Shown in pieces: positions 19,005 through 28,793 of a DNA stretch of 64,000 nt (position 1 is the first letter of the stretch; each line of letters starts with the position of its first letter). The notes beneath the pieces are model-generated. The model was not told the DNA's origin and ran no database searches. It saw nothing but the letters and a program-made list of their open reading frames with translations. The DNA is from an uncultured Candidatus Saccharibacteria bacterium (lineage in GTDB: Bacteria > Patescibacteriota > Minisyncoccia > SW-4-49-11): NCBI GenBank assembly GCA_964646465.1, contig CAZYEN010000029.1, forward strand, positions 2,670 through 66,669. The letters run 5' to 3'. A program made the position numbers and the translations under genes.

Positions 19005-19329
19005 ATTGTTAAGTTATTCATATAATTTCCTGCTTTTTCTACTACATTATATATTTCATATATCCAAACAGATTATGATTAATAATTAACCATATAATGT
19101 ATTATTATACTATACTTTTTTAAATAAAAAAGACCAGATAAACCTAAGTCGGATATATCTAGTCCTGTGCGTTGTCTAGCTTGTAACTAACTAACAAAAA
19201 AGTTACATAAATAATTTATCATAAAAAATAACAACAGTCAATAATTTGTATGGGATAAGAATGAAGTATAGTAGAGTAGATATTAATTTAACATAATGGC
19301 TTTTACGCACCTTAAGACGGAGTTAGAAT

Positions 19330-19450
19330 TTAGATTTGAACTATTTCACCCCCCTTTTTTTAGGAGGGGGTGCCTGAAAGGTAGGGGGTGGATTGCTTTT
19401 TGTCTCCCTTAGGAGGGAGTACCCGTAGGGGGAGGGAGGACAGAAAGCAT
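19330..19450. repeat. GC-rich hairpin repeat cluster. It contains a 44-bp unit (19398-19440) that recurs inverted at 30903-30946
   Basis: The hairpins cacccc...ggggtg, ctccct-tagg-agggag and ccc-gta-ggg are present. ttttgtctcccttaggagggagtacccgtagggggagggagga matches the rc of 30903-30946 with two mismatches. Confidence 0.6.
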
Positions 19451-19547
19451 TCATAATTTACAATTTATAACTTTATTATCTCATCTAGTGCCAATATTGA
19501 CAAAATATATTATTCCTGTTAATATATTTTCATATTCTACATATGTA

Positions 19548-19580
19548 GCGTCCCCCCTAGAGATAGGGGGCTTTCTTTTT
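19548..19580 (+). terminator. Hairpin gtcccccc-tagagata-ggggggc followed by a T-rich run. It is preceded by a TTGACA-17-TAATAT element at 19497-19525
   Basis: The hairpin is seen directly in the sequence. It is oriented as a plus-strand intrinsic terminator, and it also sits immediately 3' of the minus-strand MazF-like gene. Confidence 0.35.
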
Positions 19581-19980
19581 ATAATTTATATAATTTTTTA
19601 AATTGAGCTTTTATTTTTTTAGTGTCATTAACATCAATTCTACCAATTTTATTTTGTAGTCTTCTATAATCAATTACTCTAATTTGATGTAGACAAGCGA
19701 CCATATTTAGTTCTTTATGAATGAAATGTACAAACCAAGATCCAGATTTTATTTTGGTTGAAGTTGGTATAATTAAAAAGGTATGGGGAGAGAGTTTTTT
19801 GAAAATAATAACTGGTCTTGTATATCTGTTAGATTTACCACTAATTTCAGTCCCGATATTTTCTCCTAAATGAGCCCACCACAAGTCTCTTTCTGAAACA
19901 AAAGGAGGTTTGTGATTATTATTATCTAGTTTTGGTTTTAAAAGGAACCAAGCTTGGAAATTTTTTATAAATGTTTTCAT
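19579..19980 (-). CDS. MazF/PemK-family toxin (mRNA interferase), apparently solitary
   Basis: ERDLWWAHLGENIGTEISGK..RPVIIF ... IIPTSTK ... LHQIRVIDYRRLQNKIG parallels MazF, which reads GDvw.vdf.p..G.E..g.RPvlV...TS...qirtiDk.RL. No antitoxin ORF of at least 60 aa lies upstream. Confidence 0.6.
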   Translation of the reverse strand: MKTFIKNFQAWFLLKPKLDNNNHKPPFVSERDLWWAHLGENIGTEISGKSNRYTRPVIIFKKLSPHTFLIIPTSTKIKSGSWFVHFIHKELNMVACLHQIRVIDYRRLQNKIGRIDVNDTKKIKAQFKKLYKL

Positions 19981-20100
19981 ATATATTAGCTACTCTTTTT
20001 ATATTATACCTTTAAATAATTTCAAAGTAAAATATAGGAGAGGGAGAGAATATAGTTCCACCCCGTCAGTCAAAGCCTGCCACCCCTCAAAAGGGGAATT

Positions 20101-20128
20101 CTAAAATAATGTCGGCGAGGGCACCGAC
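20101..20128 (-). terminator. Intrinsic terminator downstream of the V-ATPase D-subunit gene
   Basis: On the minus strand, gtcggtgccctcgccgac is followed by auuauuuuag. Confidence 0.4.
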
Positions 20129-20158
20129 TCTACGAATTCATCATTTACAATTATTCTC

Positions 20159-20773
20159 CTACAATCCCAAAATTTCTTTGACTTTCATTATGGTGACTTT
20201 TTCTTGGCGGGTGAGTTCGTCTAGGGAGTTTTGGATGGATTTGAGATTGGTTTTCATCTCGGGGATGATGACATATTCTAGGGCATTGACTCGTCTTCTG
20301 GTGGCTTCTATTTCCTCAGCTAATAGCCTGGCGGTGAATTCTATCTCAGCTAATTTTACTAACAGGGGTAGTATATTTTGGATTGTTAAGAGGGATTGGT
20401 CTAAATCTTTGGGTGTGCCTAAAGTTCCATATTGGAAGGGGTCTCCTTGTAAATGAGGGATTATATGTGGGATGGTCACTCCCATAATAGATTTTTTTTG
20501 TAATTCTAGATAGGTCTTGGCTTGGGAGAGATGGATTAGTTCATTGATAGCTTCGGTTGAAATTTTGGTCTGAGCGAATTGAAATAATTGTATTGCTTCT
20601 ACAATTTTGGGAGTTAATTCTCCTCTTAGCTTGATTACTTCTTGGATAATGGCTAAAAACTCTTGTATTAGTCCATCTCTTTTGTCGGTGAGCAAACCAT
20701 GTCCACGAGAAGCGGTTTTAATCTTCTTTTTGAGCTTGAGGGCTTCTTGTCTGGTCGGTTTGACGGCAGGCAT
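20159..20773 (-). CDS. atpD: V/A-type ATP synthase subunit D
   Basis: The N-terminus has a subunit D-like profile, the protein is 204 aa, and it occupies the last position of the operon. Confidence 0.85.
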   Translation of the reverse strand: MPAVKPTRQEALKLKKKIKTASRGHGLLTDKRDGLIQEFLAIIQEVIKLRGELTPKIVEAIQLFQFAQTKISTEAINELIHLSQAKTYLELQKKSIMGVTIPHIIPHLQGDPFQYGTLGTPKDLDQSLLTIQNILPLLVKLAEIEFTARLLAEEIEATRRRVNALEYVIIPEMKTNLKSIQNSLDELTRQEKVTIMKVKEILGL

Positions 20774-20775
20774 AT

Positions 20776-22161
20776 TTATTTGGAATACTTATCTATAAAT
20801 TCGGGCTTGATTTTCTTTAGTTCTTTTCTCGGTAATATTGATAATAATTCCCAAGACAAATCTAAGGTGTCTAGAATGGTTCGGTTTTCTCGTCTTCCTT
20901 GCCTTATATATCTACTCTCAAATGCTTCAGCGAATTTGATATAGGCTTTATCTGTCTCTGATAGGGCTGATTCTCCTAGGATTAAGGCTAATTCCTTGAT
21001 TTCCATACCTTTGGCATAGGAGGAGGCCATTTGCTCTTTGACGGCGGATAAATCTTCTCGGCTGTATTTTTTATCTACGCCAATTCGGGATAATGATCCA
21101 ATTGGTTGGATTGGAGGGTATATTCCTTGATTATGTAGCTCTCTATTGACCATAATTTGGCCTTCTGTGATGTATCCGGTTAAATCTGGTATTGGATGCT
21201 GCTTATCATCATCTGGCATTGTAAGGATAGGGATTTGGGTGAGTGACCCTGTGGATCCTTTGACTATTCCTGCTCTTTCATACAGGGTTGCAAGGTCGGT
21301 ATATAGATATCCTGGATATCCTCGTCTTCCTGGAATTTCTTTTCTAGAGGCTGAGACTTCTCGGAGGGCATCAGCATAATTGGTCATATCTGTTAGGATG
21401 ACTAATACATGCATATTCTTCTCAAAGGCTAAGTATTCTCCTAGAGTGAGAGCTAATCTTGGTAGGGTAATTCGCTCTACAATTGGGTCGCTAGCGGTGT
21501 TGATAAACAAAGCTGCTCTCTCCATCGCTCCGGTTTTTTCAAATGAGTCTATGAAGAATTGAGCTTCTTCAAAGGTGACTCCCATAGCTGCAAAGATTAC
21601 TACGAAAGGTTCTTCGGCTTTGACTAAATCTGTTCCATTTTGTAGGGCTACAACTTGGGCTTGTTCAGCAATTTGGGTGGCTATTTCAGAATGTGGTAGT
21701 CCTGACCCTGAGAAAATAGGTAGTTTTTGTCCTCTTACTAGGGCATTTAGTCCGTCTATGGTGGAGATTCCAGTTTGAATAAATTCACTAGGGAATTGTC
21801 GCATTCCTGGATTGATAGGGGAGCCATTGATGTCTAGATATTTCTCAGCGATTATTTCTGGTCCGCCGTCTTTGACTTTACCAGCTCCTGTGAATACTCG
21901 TCCTAACATACTGTCTGAGACTCCAAATTTGAGAGTTTCTCCTAAGAAGGCTATCTCGGCATTCTTTACATCTAATCCGTCGGTACTAGTGAATAACTGT
22001 ACTACAGCGGTGTCTTTGCTGGCTTCTAGTACTCGTCCTTGTCGGATTTGTCCTTTTGAGTCTCTAATTTCCACCATTTCCTCGAAGGCAACTTGTGGGA
22101 CTTTCTCAACTACGACTAGGGGTCCGGCAATTTCTTTGATTGTGTTATACCATTTCTTCAT
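20776..22161 (-). CDS. atpB: V/A-type ATP synthase subunit B
   Basis: A 461-aa non-catalytic B subunit, highly conserved throughout. Confidence 0.9.
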   Translation of the reverse strand: MKKWYNTIKEIAGPLVVVEKVPQVAFEEMVEIRDSKGQIRQGRVLEASKDTAVVQLFTSTDGLDVKNAEIAFLGETLKFGVSDSMLGRVFTGAGKVKDGGPEIIAEKYLDINGSPINPGMRQFPSEFIQTGISTIDGLNALVRGQKLPIFSGSGLPHSEIATQIAEQAQVVALQNGTDLVKAEEPFVVIFAAMGVTFEEAQFFIDSFEKTGAMERAALFINTASDPIVERITLPRLALTLGEYLAFEKNMHVLVILTDMTNYADALREVSASRKEIPGRRGYPGYLYTDLATLYERAGIVKGSTGSLTQIPILTMPDDDKQHPIPDLTGYITEGQIMVNRELHNQGIYPPIQPIGSLSRIGVDKKYSREDLSAVKEQMASSYAKGMEIKELALILGESALSETDKAYIKFAEAFESRYIRQGRRENRTILDTLDLSWELLSILPRKELKKIKPEFIDKYSK

Positions 22162-22170
22162 ATAATTATC

Positions 22171-24003
22171 CTAAATTCCACTTATTACTTTATTGATACC
22201 AAAGTCCTCGGATTTATCATTATCTTTGAGATTTTGAATTGTGCTTGAGATATTTTCTATTAGAGACACTATATTCTCAATGTCTGATTCTGGAGTATTT
22301 TTGAGTCTAGCAATTTCTTCACGAATTGGTAGGTCTAGGATATCATTTATCTCAATTTGAGGATTATTTTTGGCGGTTTCAGTGGCTTCATTATGGAAGG
22401 TCATCATTGCTTTTAGCATCAAATACATTTTACGAGTTGAGGCAAAGGCATCAATTTCATCAAAGGCATTTTGTTGTAGATAATCTTCTCGAAGTCCTCG
22501 AGCTGTATCTAGGAGTATTTTCTCAGAGGTAGATAGGGCGTCCATTCCTACTAATTTTATAATATCGTCTAGCTCATTTTCTTTCTGTAAAATTTGCATT
22601 GCTAAATCTCTTAGGTCTTTCCAATCTGAATCAGTTGCATTGATGAAATATTCTTCTACATTATCTTTGTATAGGCTATAACTATTGAGCCAATGAATAG
22701 ATGGAAAATGTTTTTTGGCGGCTAGAGATGCATCTAATCCCCAAAAAGCTTTGGTCACTTTAAGAGTGGCTTGGCTAACTGGTTCAGATAAGTCTCCACC
22801 TGGAGGTGATACGGCTGCAATGATAGTGGCTGACCCAATTCTTTCTTCTGTTCCTAATGTGCTGACTATTCCGGCTCTTTCATAAAAGGCTGAAATTCTA
22901 GATCCAAGATAGGCAGGATATCCTTCTTCTCCTGGCATTTCTTCTAGTCTTCCTGACATTTCTCGCATAGCTTCTGCCCAACGAGAGGTTGAATCGGCCA
23001 TCATAGCTACATTGTATCCCATATCTCGATAGTATTCAGCTAAGGTAATACCTGTATAAACTGAGGCTTCACGAGCTGCGATTGGCATATTGGAGGTATT
23101 GGCAACTAAAATCGTTCTTTCCATCAAAGGTCGTCCAGATTTTGGATCTTTAAGGTGTGGAAATTCTACCAATACATCGGTAATTTCATTTCCTCTCTCT
23201 CCACAACCTACATAAACTACAATATCTGCATCTGACCATTTTGCTAATTGATGTTGAATAACTGTTTTTCCAGCTCCGAATGGTCCTGGTACGGCGGCTG
23301 CTCCTCCTTTTGGAATTGGGAAGAATGTATCTATAATTCTTTGTTGAGTTATTAGTGGAGTAGTTGGCACTTGTTTTGCTTTGTATGGTCTTGGGGTTCT
23401 AACTGGCCATTTGTGCATTAATTGGACTGGGTTTTCTCCAATTGTAGCTATTGTCTCGGTAATTGTGAATTCTCCTGCCTTGATATCCTTAACTTCTCCC
23501 TCTACTCCAAATGGAACTAAAATCTTATGAGTAATTAACTCGGTCTCTTGTACTGTACCTAATATGTCTCCAGTGGTTACAGAGTCTCCTTTTTTGACTA
23601 ATGGCTTAAATTCCCATTTCATCTCTCTGTCTAGGCTAGGAGCGGTTAAACCTCTTGCAATATATTCAGCATTCAATCCTTGGGCAGCTGCTTTCTCAGC
23701 AATTACATTTAGAGGTCGTAAAATTCCATCAAATAATCCAGAGGTCAAAAGTCCTGGGCCTAATTCAATACTAAGGGGCTCTCCAGTTGAGACAACAGGC
23801 TCTCCTACGATTAGACCAGAGGTGTCCTCATAGACTTGAATGGAGGCTGTATCACCTTTTAATTCAATGATTTCCCCCATTAATTCTAGATTTCCAACTT
23901 TCACTAAATCATACATTTTAGCTCCTTTCATGGAGTCTGCGATAACTAGTGGTCCTGAGATTTTGATGATAATTCCGGTATTCATAGTAATTAGTTTAAT
24001 CAA
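22171..24003 (-). CDS. atpA: V/A-type ATP synthase catalytic subunit A
   Basis: Walker [10 protein letters not shown], 610 aa with the A-subunit-specific non-homologous insert, and the ERGNE region. Confidence 0.92.
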   Translation of the reverse strand: MIKLITMNTGIIIKISGPLVIADSMKGAKMYDLVKVGNLELMGEIIELKGDTASIQVYEDTSGLIVGEPVVSTGEPLSIELGPGLLTSGLFDGILRPLNVIAEKAAAQGLNAEYIARGLTAPSLDREMKWEFKPLVKKGDSVTTGDILGTVQETELITHKILVPFGVEGEVKDIKAGEFTITETIATIGENPVQLMHKWPVRTPRPYKAKQVPTTPLITQQRIIDTFFPIPKGGAAAVPGPFGAGKTVIQHQLAKWSDADIVVYVGCGERGNEITDVLVEFPHLKDPKSGRPLMERTILVANTSNMPIAAREASVYTGITLAEYYRDMGYNVAMMADSTSRWAEAMREMSGRLEEMPGEEGYPAYLGSRISAFYERAGIVSTLGTEERIGSATIIAAVSPPGGDLSEPVSQATLKVTKAFWGLDASLAAKKHFPSIHWLNSYSLYKDNVEEYFINATDSDWKDLRDLAMQILQKENELDDIIKLVGMDALSTSEKILLDTARGLREDYLQQNAFDEIDAFASTRKMYLMLKAMMTFHNEATETAKNNPQIEINDILDLPIREEIARLKNTPESDIENIVSLIENISSTIQNLKDNDKSEDFGINKVISGI

Positions 24004-24323
24004 GAGTTGAATAATTTGTCTAGGCTCATACCTACGGCTTTCTCGGTCAGCTGCTTTAGCTCCTCAACAGAGTTGCTATCTGAGCTAATAGGTAGCTGTG
24101 ATATAGGTATATTGAGGGAATTGAGAACTTTTCTTTGCTTGGTAGATAATATAATGTTGGATGCTATAAAGATAATTGCGTACATCTCTGCATCTTTCTG
24201 GATATTAGCTATTATCTGATCTATTTCCAAGTCATCACTATTCAAAGTTTCAAAACCAAATAGTTTAAATAGTAGTGTTATTTCAGTATCAGCGATTAGA
24301 GCTGGCTTTTTATAGTCTATCAT
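24000..24323 (-). CDS. atpF: V/A-type ATP synthase subunit F
   Basis: A 107-aa ORF with the N-terminal LIADTEI..LF.L.G profile, in the F position of the operon. Confidence 0.7.
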   Translation of the reverse strand: MIDYKKPALIADTEITLLFKLFGFETLNSDDLEIDQIIANIQKDAEMYAIIFIASNIILSTKQRKVLNSLNIPISQLPISSDSNSVEELKQLTEKAVGMSLDKLFNS

Positions 24324-25258
24324 ATATTGGAATAATCTATAAATCTTAATTGAGCCTGTTTAGAATCAATTTGTTTGGAGTGGTGTAGAATCAATAATTT
24401 AAAGTTAGTAATTGTATATTGGAGCCTCTCGGTATATTGTATAATTCTATCCCCAGACATCCCTGTAAATTGAGCTTTACTTAAGGCTTTGATCTCATTT
24501 TTAATAAGGGTGTTTTCAATGTTTATTGTGTTAATATCTACCGGAGCTAGATTTAGATATTGGCCTATATCTCCTAACACATCTCCAAAACCAAAGCTTT
24601 TTACAGCATTTATAGCCAGACTTCCCTGAATAGGTAATAAATGTCTTAATATATGTTCTTTTGACTGTCCTTTTTGAGTTCTTGTTAAAACATTGAGTAG
24701 GGTATAGCTATCTATTTTAGCTAATATAAAATCCTTCATTATATCACTACTTCTGTTTAGGTTTTCAAATAGTAGAGTTAAAAATATTTCTTCTAAATAA
24801 GAGATTAGGCTAAAGCTATCTTGTGAGTGAATAAGTTTTTCCTCTTTGGCTAATAATTTAGACTTGAACTGTGCAGAATAATATAGTTTATCAGAGACTT
24901 CAGTTAGAATTTGTTCAAACCCTTTCTCTCCAAGTGTCTCCCCATAAATAGTTTTATTAATAGATAGTGTTTTGAGTTTTTCAAAGTCTTGAGACATCTT
25001 GAGATAAATAAAGGGGGCAGAGTTCTCTGGCAAAAGGGATAGGATTTCTGTTATTTGTTGGTGATAATACTGATTGAGTTTATTTATTAAATTTTCTAAA
25101 TTGAGTTCGGCTAGACCAAAGGACTCTCGAATTGTATTTAGAATTACTTCGATACTATCAGTTACTAAAAGTGCTTTAGTCGTATTAGACTCAGGTAAAT
25201 AACTTAGTCTAGTTACGTATCTACTAGTTACACCAATTAGAGGGACTTGTAAACTCAT
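24320..25258 (-). CDS. atpC: V/A-type ATP synthase subunit C (d)
   Basis: A 312-aa helical protein in the operon position between E and F. Confidence 0.7.
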   Translation of the reverse strand: MSLQVPLIGVTSRYVTRLSYLPESNTTKALLVTDSIEVILNTIRESFGLAELNLENLINKLNQYYHQQITEILSLLPENSAPFIYLKMSQDFEKLKTLSINKTIYGETLGEKGFEQILTEVSDKLYYSAQFKSKLLAKEEKLIHSQDSFSLISYLEEIFLTLLFENLNRSSDIMKDFILAKIDSYTLLNVLTRTQKGQSKEHILRHLLPIQGSLAINAVKSFGFGDVLGDIGQYLNLAPVDINTINIENTLIKNEIKALSKAQFTGMSGDRIIQYTERLQYTITNFKLLILHHSKQIDSKQAQLRFIDYSNI

Positions 25259-25791
25259 ATTTCCTTCATTATGGCAGGTAGTGTTTTTTGTTTTACTTTA
25301 TCAAGAATATCCTCTACAGTAATTTCTAAATTCACCTCATCTAATTTAGCAGTGATGGCTCCTAAGTTAGAGCCTTGTTCTAGGTTATTTTTTTTATACC
25401 CTAGACTTTGAGTAATGCTTGCTAATTCTTTAGAGTAGTTGCCACTTATATTTAAAGTTGTAGAATTGGGGATATCTTTTAATATCTTTTGGATTGAGTC
25501 TTTTACAAAGTTTGAGTTTATAATCTCTGGTATTATATCCTTATAAATAGAGTTAAGTTGAGTTTGGATTGAATAACCGTAGTTAAACTTTTGAGTTTTA
25601 CTTTGTTGAAATTTATGGAAATTAATTTGAGTTGCCACTGCCTCGTCAATTTTCTCGGCATGTATTTTTTTAGTCTCAGATACGACTCTGTCCCAAGTGT
25701 TTTTAGTCTCTTTTAACTCTGCTTGATACTGAGCCTCTAACTTCTTAACATCTTTATTTATCTGAGATTGTATTGAATCTGCTAAAGTCAT
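25255..25791 (-). CDS. atpE: V/A-type ATP synthase subunit E (peripheral stalk)
   Basis: A 178-aa ORF with an N-terminal coiled coil and a globular C-terminus, correctly placed in the operon. Confidence 0.7.
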   Translation of the reverse strand: MTLADSIQSQINKDVKKLEAQYQAELKETKNTWDRVVSETKKIHAEKIDEAVATQINFHKFQQSKTQKFNYGYSIQTQLNSIYKDIIPEIINSNFVKDSIQKILKDIPNSTTLNISGNYSKELASITQSLGYKKNNLEQGSNLGAITAKLDEVNLEITVEDILDKVKQKTLPAIMKEI

Positions 25792-25792
25792 A

Positions 25793-26308
25793 TTATCCTA
25801 CTGATACTCCGTTAATAATCAAAATAGAAACTAGAAGTCCGAACACAGCGAAAGTCTCTACCAAGGCTGCTAGAATAATAACTTGTCCAATTTTAGATTT
25901 ATCTCTAGAAATTAACTGTACACCACTGGCGATTACATCTCCTTGATATTTACCTGAAGCTAAACAAGTAAGTCCGACTGGAATTCCTGCAAAAGCCAAA
26001 ATCATACCGTTCTGCCAACTTAAATTTGCAAATTCACCAGATAAAACTCCTGTGTTTTGTAAAATCAGCACAGCTGCCAAAAGTCCATAGATGGCCTGGG
26101 ATCCTGGAAGAGCAGACAACAAAAGCACATTCCCAAATTGAGAATCATCTTCCGCTACCAATCCTGCTCCGGTTTTTCCTGCTGTAGATACTCCAATAGA
26201 TGAACCAGCACCAGCCAATCCTGCTGCAAGGGCTGCTCCTAATACTGCTAAACTTACTCCTAATATTTCCATATTTTCAACTTTAACTCTTATATAAGGG
26301 ACACTCAT
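25793..26308 (-). CDS. atpK: V/A-type ATP synthase proteolipid subunit K (c)
   Basis: A Gly/Ala-rich four-helix proteolipid of 171 aa. Confidence 0.85.
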   Translation of the reverse strand: MSVPYIRVKVENMEILGVSLAVLGAALAAGLAGAGSSIGVSTAGKTGAGLVAEDDSQFGNVLLLSALPGSQAIYGLLAAVLILQNTGVLSGEFANLSWQNGMILAFAGIPVGLTCLASGKYQGDVIASGVQLISRDKSKIGQVIILAALVETFAVFGLLVSILIINGVSVG

Positions 26309-26376
26309 TGTTTACTGGTATCCTTTTCACTATACTCCTAATTTAACCTATGAATACAGTGAAAGAGATCACAGTA

Positions 26377-28413
26377 TTATTCAATAACACTGTACTCTTG
26401 GGATCTTGTTACTACTTGCAGTGGTCTTCCTCCAGATTGGAAGAATTTGCTGAAAAACTCTACAAAGTGTAGCCTACCAACATTGATGTAAGTACCTAAT
26501 ACATTAAGAGCTATATTAAATACATTTCCAGCTACGAATATAATTGTCATAATTATATATCCAATTATTACCCAAGCTCCACCTTTTTCTACAAACCCAC
26601 TTCCTGCTAAGTTTGCTAAAGTACCAACTACTCCTGCAATAATTCCAGTAGCAAGGCCTAGAGCTACCAACCTAGTATAGGATAGTATGTCAGATAGATA
26701 TCCTACCACTCCAAAAAAGACATCGTAAGCTCCTTTTCCAAATTTAGCAAAAATGGATTTCATTTCTCTTCCCAAAAGATATATCATCACAAATATATAG
26801 GCTATATATACATATAGTAGGGGATCAATTAATAATTTTAGGCCATCTCCTAACAACTCCATATTAATTAAAATTAGGAATATTCCGAATATTAGAGCTC
26901 CGGCCCATAGAATTGAATCTAGACTGGCATCTAAAAAAGATTTAGAGTTATAAGCTTGAACTATATTGAGCACCAAACCAAATAGTAAATGTACTATTCC
27001 AAGAACGATTGTGAATCCCATTAAAGCGATAACACTATCCATTGGGTTAAGAATCTGCATCTTTTGTAAGAGAGGAATCAAACCAATGTTGATTAGAAAT
27101 TTCATATGTGGTGAGGCTGTAGCAGGATCTACAACATCTGGTGTAATCCCAAACCAACTACCAAATAAAGCTCCAATAATCAATGTAGAGATAGATGCAA
27201 TAAATACAACTGCAAAAATATCTCTAATACCTGATTTTAATCTAGGATTAATTAATCCAAGTCCTGTCAAAATAATCAAAATAAGAGCATACCCTGCCTC
27301 AGATAAAGCCAAACCGAACATAAAGGTGAAGAAAATTGCAATAGACAGGGTAGGGTCAATTTTACCGGCTTGTGGATACCCCATGATTTTTGTGACTGTC
27401 TCAAAATGTCTAATTATTGGAAGGTTCTTCAGTATCACTGGACTTGATTCAAAGTTTGCTGGTAACTCAACTACCTTGCCACTATCAGTGATTTTAGATA
27501 CTGATTGTCTGACAGAATCAAATTGTTCTTCATCTACCCATAATTGTATTGATGAGTTTTCTTCGGATTCTGGATTAAATGAATGTAAATAAGAAATTAA
27601 ATTCAGGTGTGAGTTTAGCACGTCAACTAATATAGCTAAATCCTTGAATTTGACGGGCGATTTTTTAAGTTCTCGTCTTAATTTAGTTAATAACTTATTA
27701 TTTGAGTTAAGCTCTTGTTTACTATTGTGATAAATGTCATAGAAAGATCCACTGACTTCGGCTGGGAATTGTATTAATGTTGCTTGATTCTGTATTATGT
27801 CAATGGCAATTTTAACTTGATTCTTCGGTAGTGCTAAAATATATACGTAATCAGTTCCAAGTTTTTTTACGGATTCCAGTACCATAGGAGATACCGCATG
27901 CTCTAATTGTTCTGCTATATAATGTGCTCTAGACTCGTCTATCAAAAATGGTAAAAAGCTAATGTATGAGTATGATTTAAAGATATTTATTTCAATATCT
28001 TTTAATGGTTCAGATTTAGCAATAATGTCCTGTAGAACCTCCTGACGTATTAGTAGGTCATCTTTTAGCTCTGCCTTCTCTACAATCTCCTTAGCCTTTA
28101 TAATAATATTATCTTTTTCTTTATCATAATGTTCAAACACATCTTCAGTTATACTAAATCTATCATCTAGTACGGCAGAAAGCATTGACTTTTTTTCTAA
28201 ATGGTATTCTTTATATACATCTAGAGCTTTATTGACTATATCTAAGTTTTCTAAAATATCTTCTTGTATAGCATGATGTTTCTTAGAAAGTGGTGTTCTT
28301 TCTACTTTTTCTATTATTTCACCAACTTGTTGTTTTTGAAAATATGATAACAGTTCGAGTTGATGTTTGTTAGGAACTGTAACTTGGATTAGTTTAGATG
28401 CTTTAACTCCCAT
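26377..28413 (-). CDS. atpI: V/A-type ATP synthase subunit I (a)
   Basis: A 678-aa ORF with a soluble N-terminal half and a C-terminal half of 7-8 TM helices, placed second in the operon. Confidence 0.85.
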   Translation of the reverse strand: MGVKASKLIQVTVPNKHQLELLSYFQKQQVGEIIEKVERTPLSKKHHAIQEDILENLDIVNKALDVYKEYHLEKKSMLSAVLDDRFSITEDVFEHYDKEKDNIIIKAKEIVEKAELKDDLLIRQEVLQDIIAKSEPLKDIEINIFKSYSYISFLPFLIDESRAHYIAEQLEHAVSPMVLESVKKLGTDYVYILALPKNQVKIAIDIIQNQATLIQFPAEVSGSFYDIYHNSKQELNSNNKLLTKLRRELKKSPVKFKDLAILVDVLNSHLNLISYLHSFNPESEENSSIQLWVDEEQFDSVRQSVSKITDSGKVVELPANFESSPVILKNLPIIRHFETVTKIMGYPQAGKIDPTLSIAIFFTFMFGLALSEAGYALILIILTGLGLINPRLKSGIRDIFAVVFIASISTLIIGALFGSWFGITPDVVDPATASPHMKFLINIGLIPLLQKMQILNPMDSVIALMGFTIVLGIVHLLFGLVLNIVQAYNSKSFLDASLDSILWAGALIFGIFLILINMELLGDGLKLLIDPLLYVYIAYIFVMIYLLGREMKSIFAKFGKGAYDVFFGVVGYLSDILSYTRLVALGLATGIIAGVVGTLANLAGSGFVEKGGAWVIIGYIIMTIIFVAGNVFNIALNVLGTYINVGRLHFVEFFSKFFQSGGRPLQVVTRSQEYSVIE

Positions 28414-28443
28414 ATAAATTTATATATTTACAAAATATGATTA

Positions 28444-28713
28444 TTAATTTAACTGACTTAAAATGATAGCTTTGATTTTTTGAATATCTAGCTTGATATC
28501 AGGTTGTTTAGAATCAGTAGATTGTTTTTCATAAGTAGATAACTTTTCTTCTACAATTTGATTCTTGTTCAAAATCTCTTTTTTTAAAATAGTTACTTTA
28601 TCTTTAGACCGAGTAACATATTCTTGAGATTGGACATTATAGTCTTTTTGTAAAGATTTCTTTTTACTAGCAAAAGACTTTTCAATTTCAATCAACTCAA
28701 CAAGTTTTTTCAT
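28444..28713 (-). CDS. Small coiled-coil protein, probable V/A-ATPase subunit G/H (peripheral stalk)
   Basis: An 89-aa charged helical protein encoded by the first gene of the operon. Confidence 0.4.
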   Translation of the reverse strand: MKKLVELIEIEKSFASKKKSLQKDYNVQSQEYVTRSKDKVTILKKEILNKNQIVEEKLSTYEKQSTDSKQPDIKLDIQKIKAIILSQLN

Positions 28714-28734
28714 AGGTGTTTATAATTACAACTC

Positions 28735-28763
28735 ATTATAGTCCAGAGAATCACATTTGTCAA
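28735..28763 (-). promoter_or_regulatory. Consensus sigma-70 promoter TTGACA-17-TATAAT driving the V-ATPase operon
   Basis: The minus strand reads ttgaca aatgtgattctctggac tataat. Confidence 0.5.
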
Positions 28764-28793
28764 TTATTTATTTTGTTTTTGTGTCAAATAGAA

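Noticed and set aside
20109-27592. Plus-strand ORFs inside the V-ATPase operon: 20109-20456, 20607-20798, 20699-20944, 21146-21379, 21380-21562, 21575-21778, 21812-22165, 22326-22532, 23564-23833, 24007-24219 and 26966-27592
   Set aside because: They are antisense to highly conserved ATPase subunit genes. These are typical shadow ORFs, and several are Ser/Pro/Ala-rich mirror translations.
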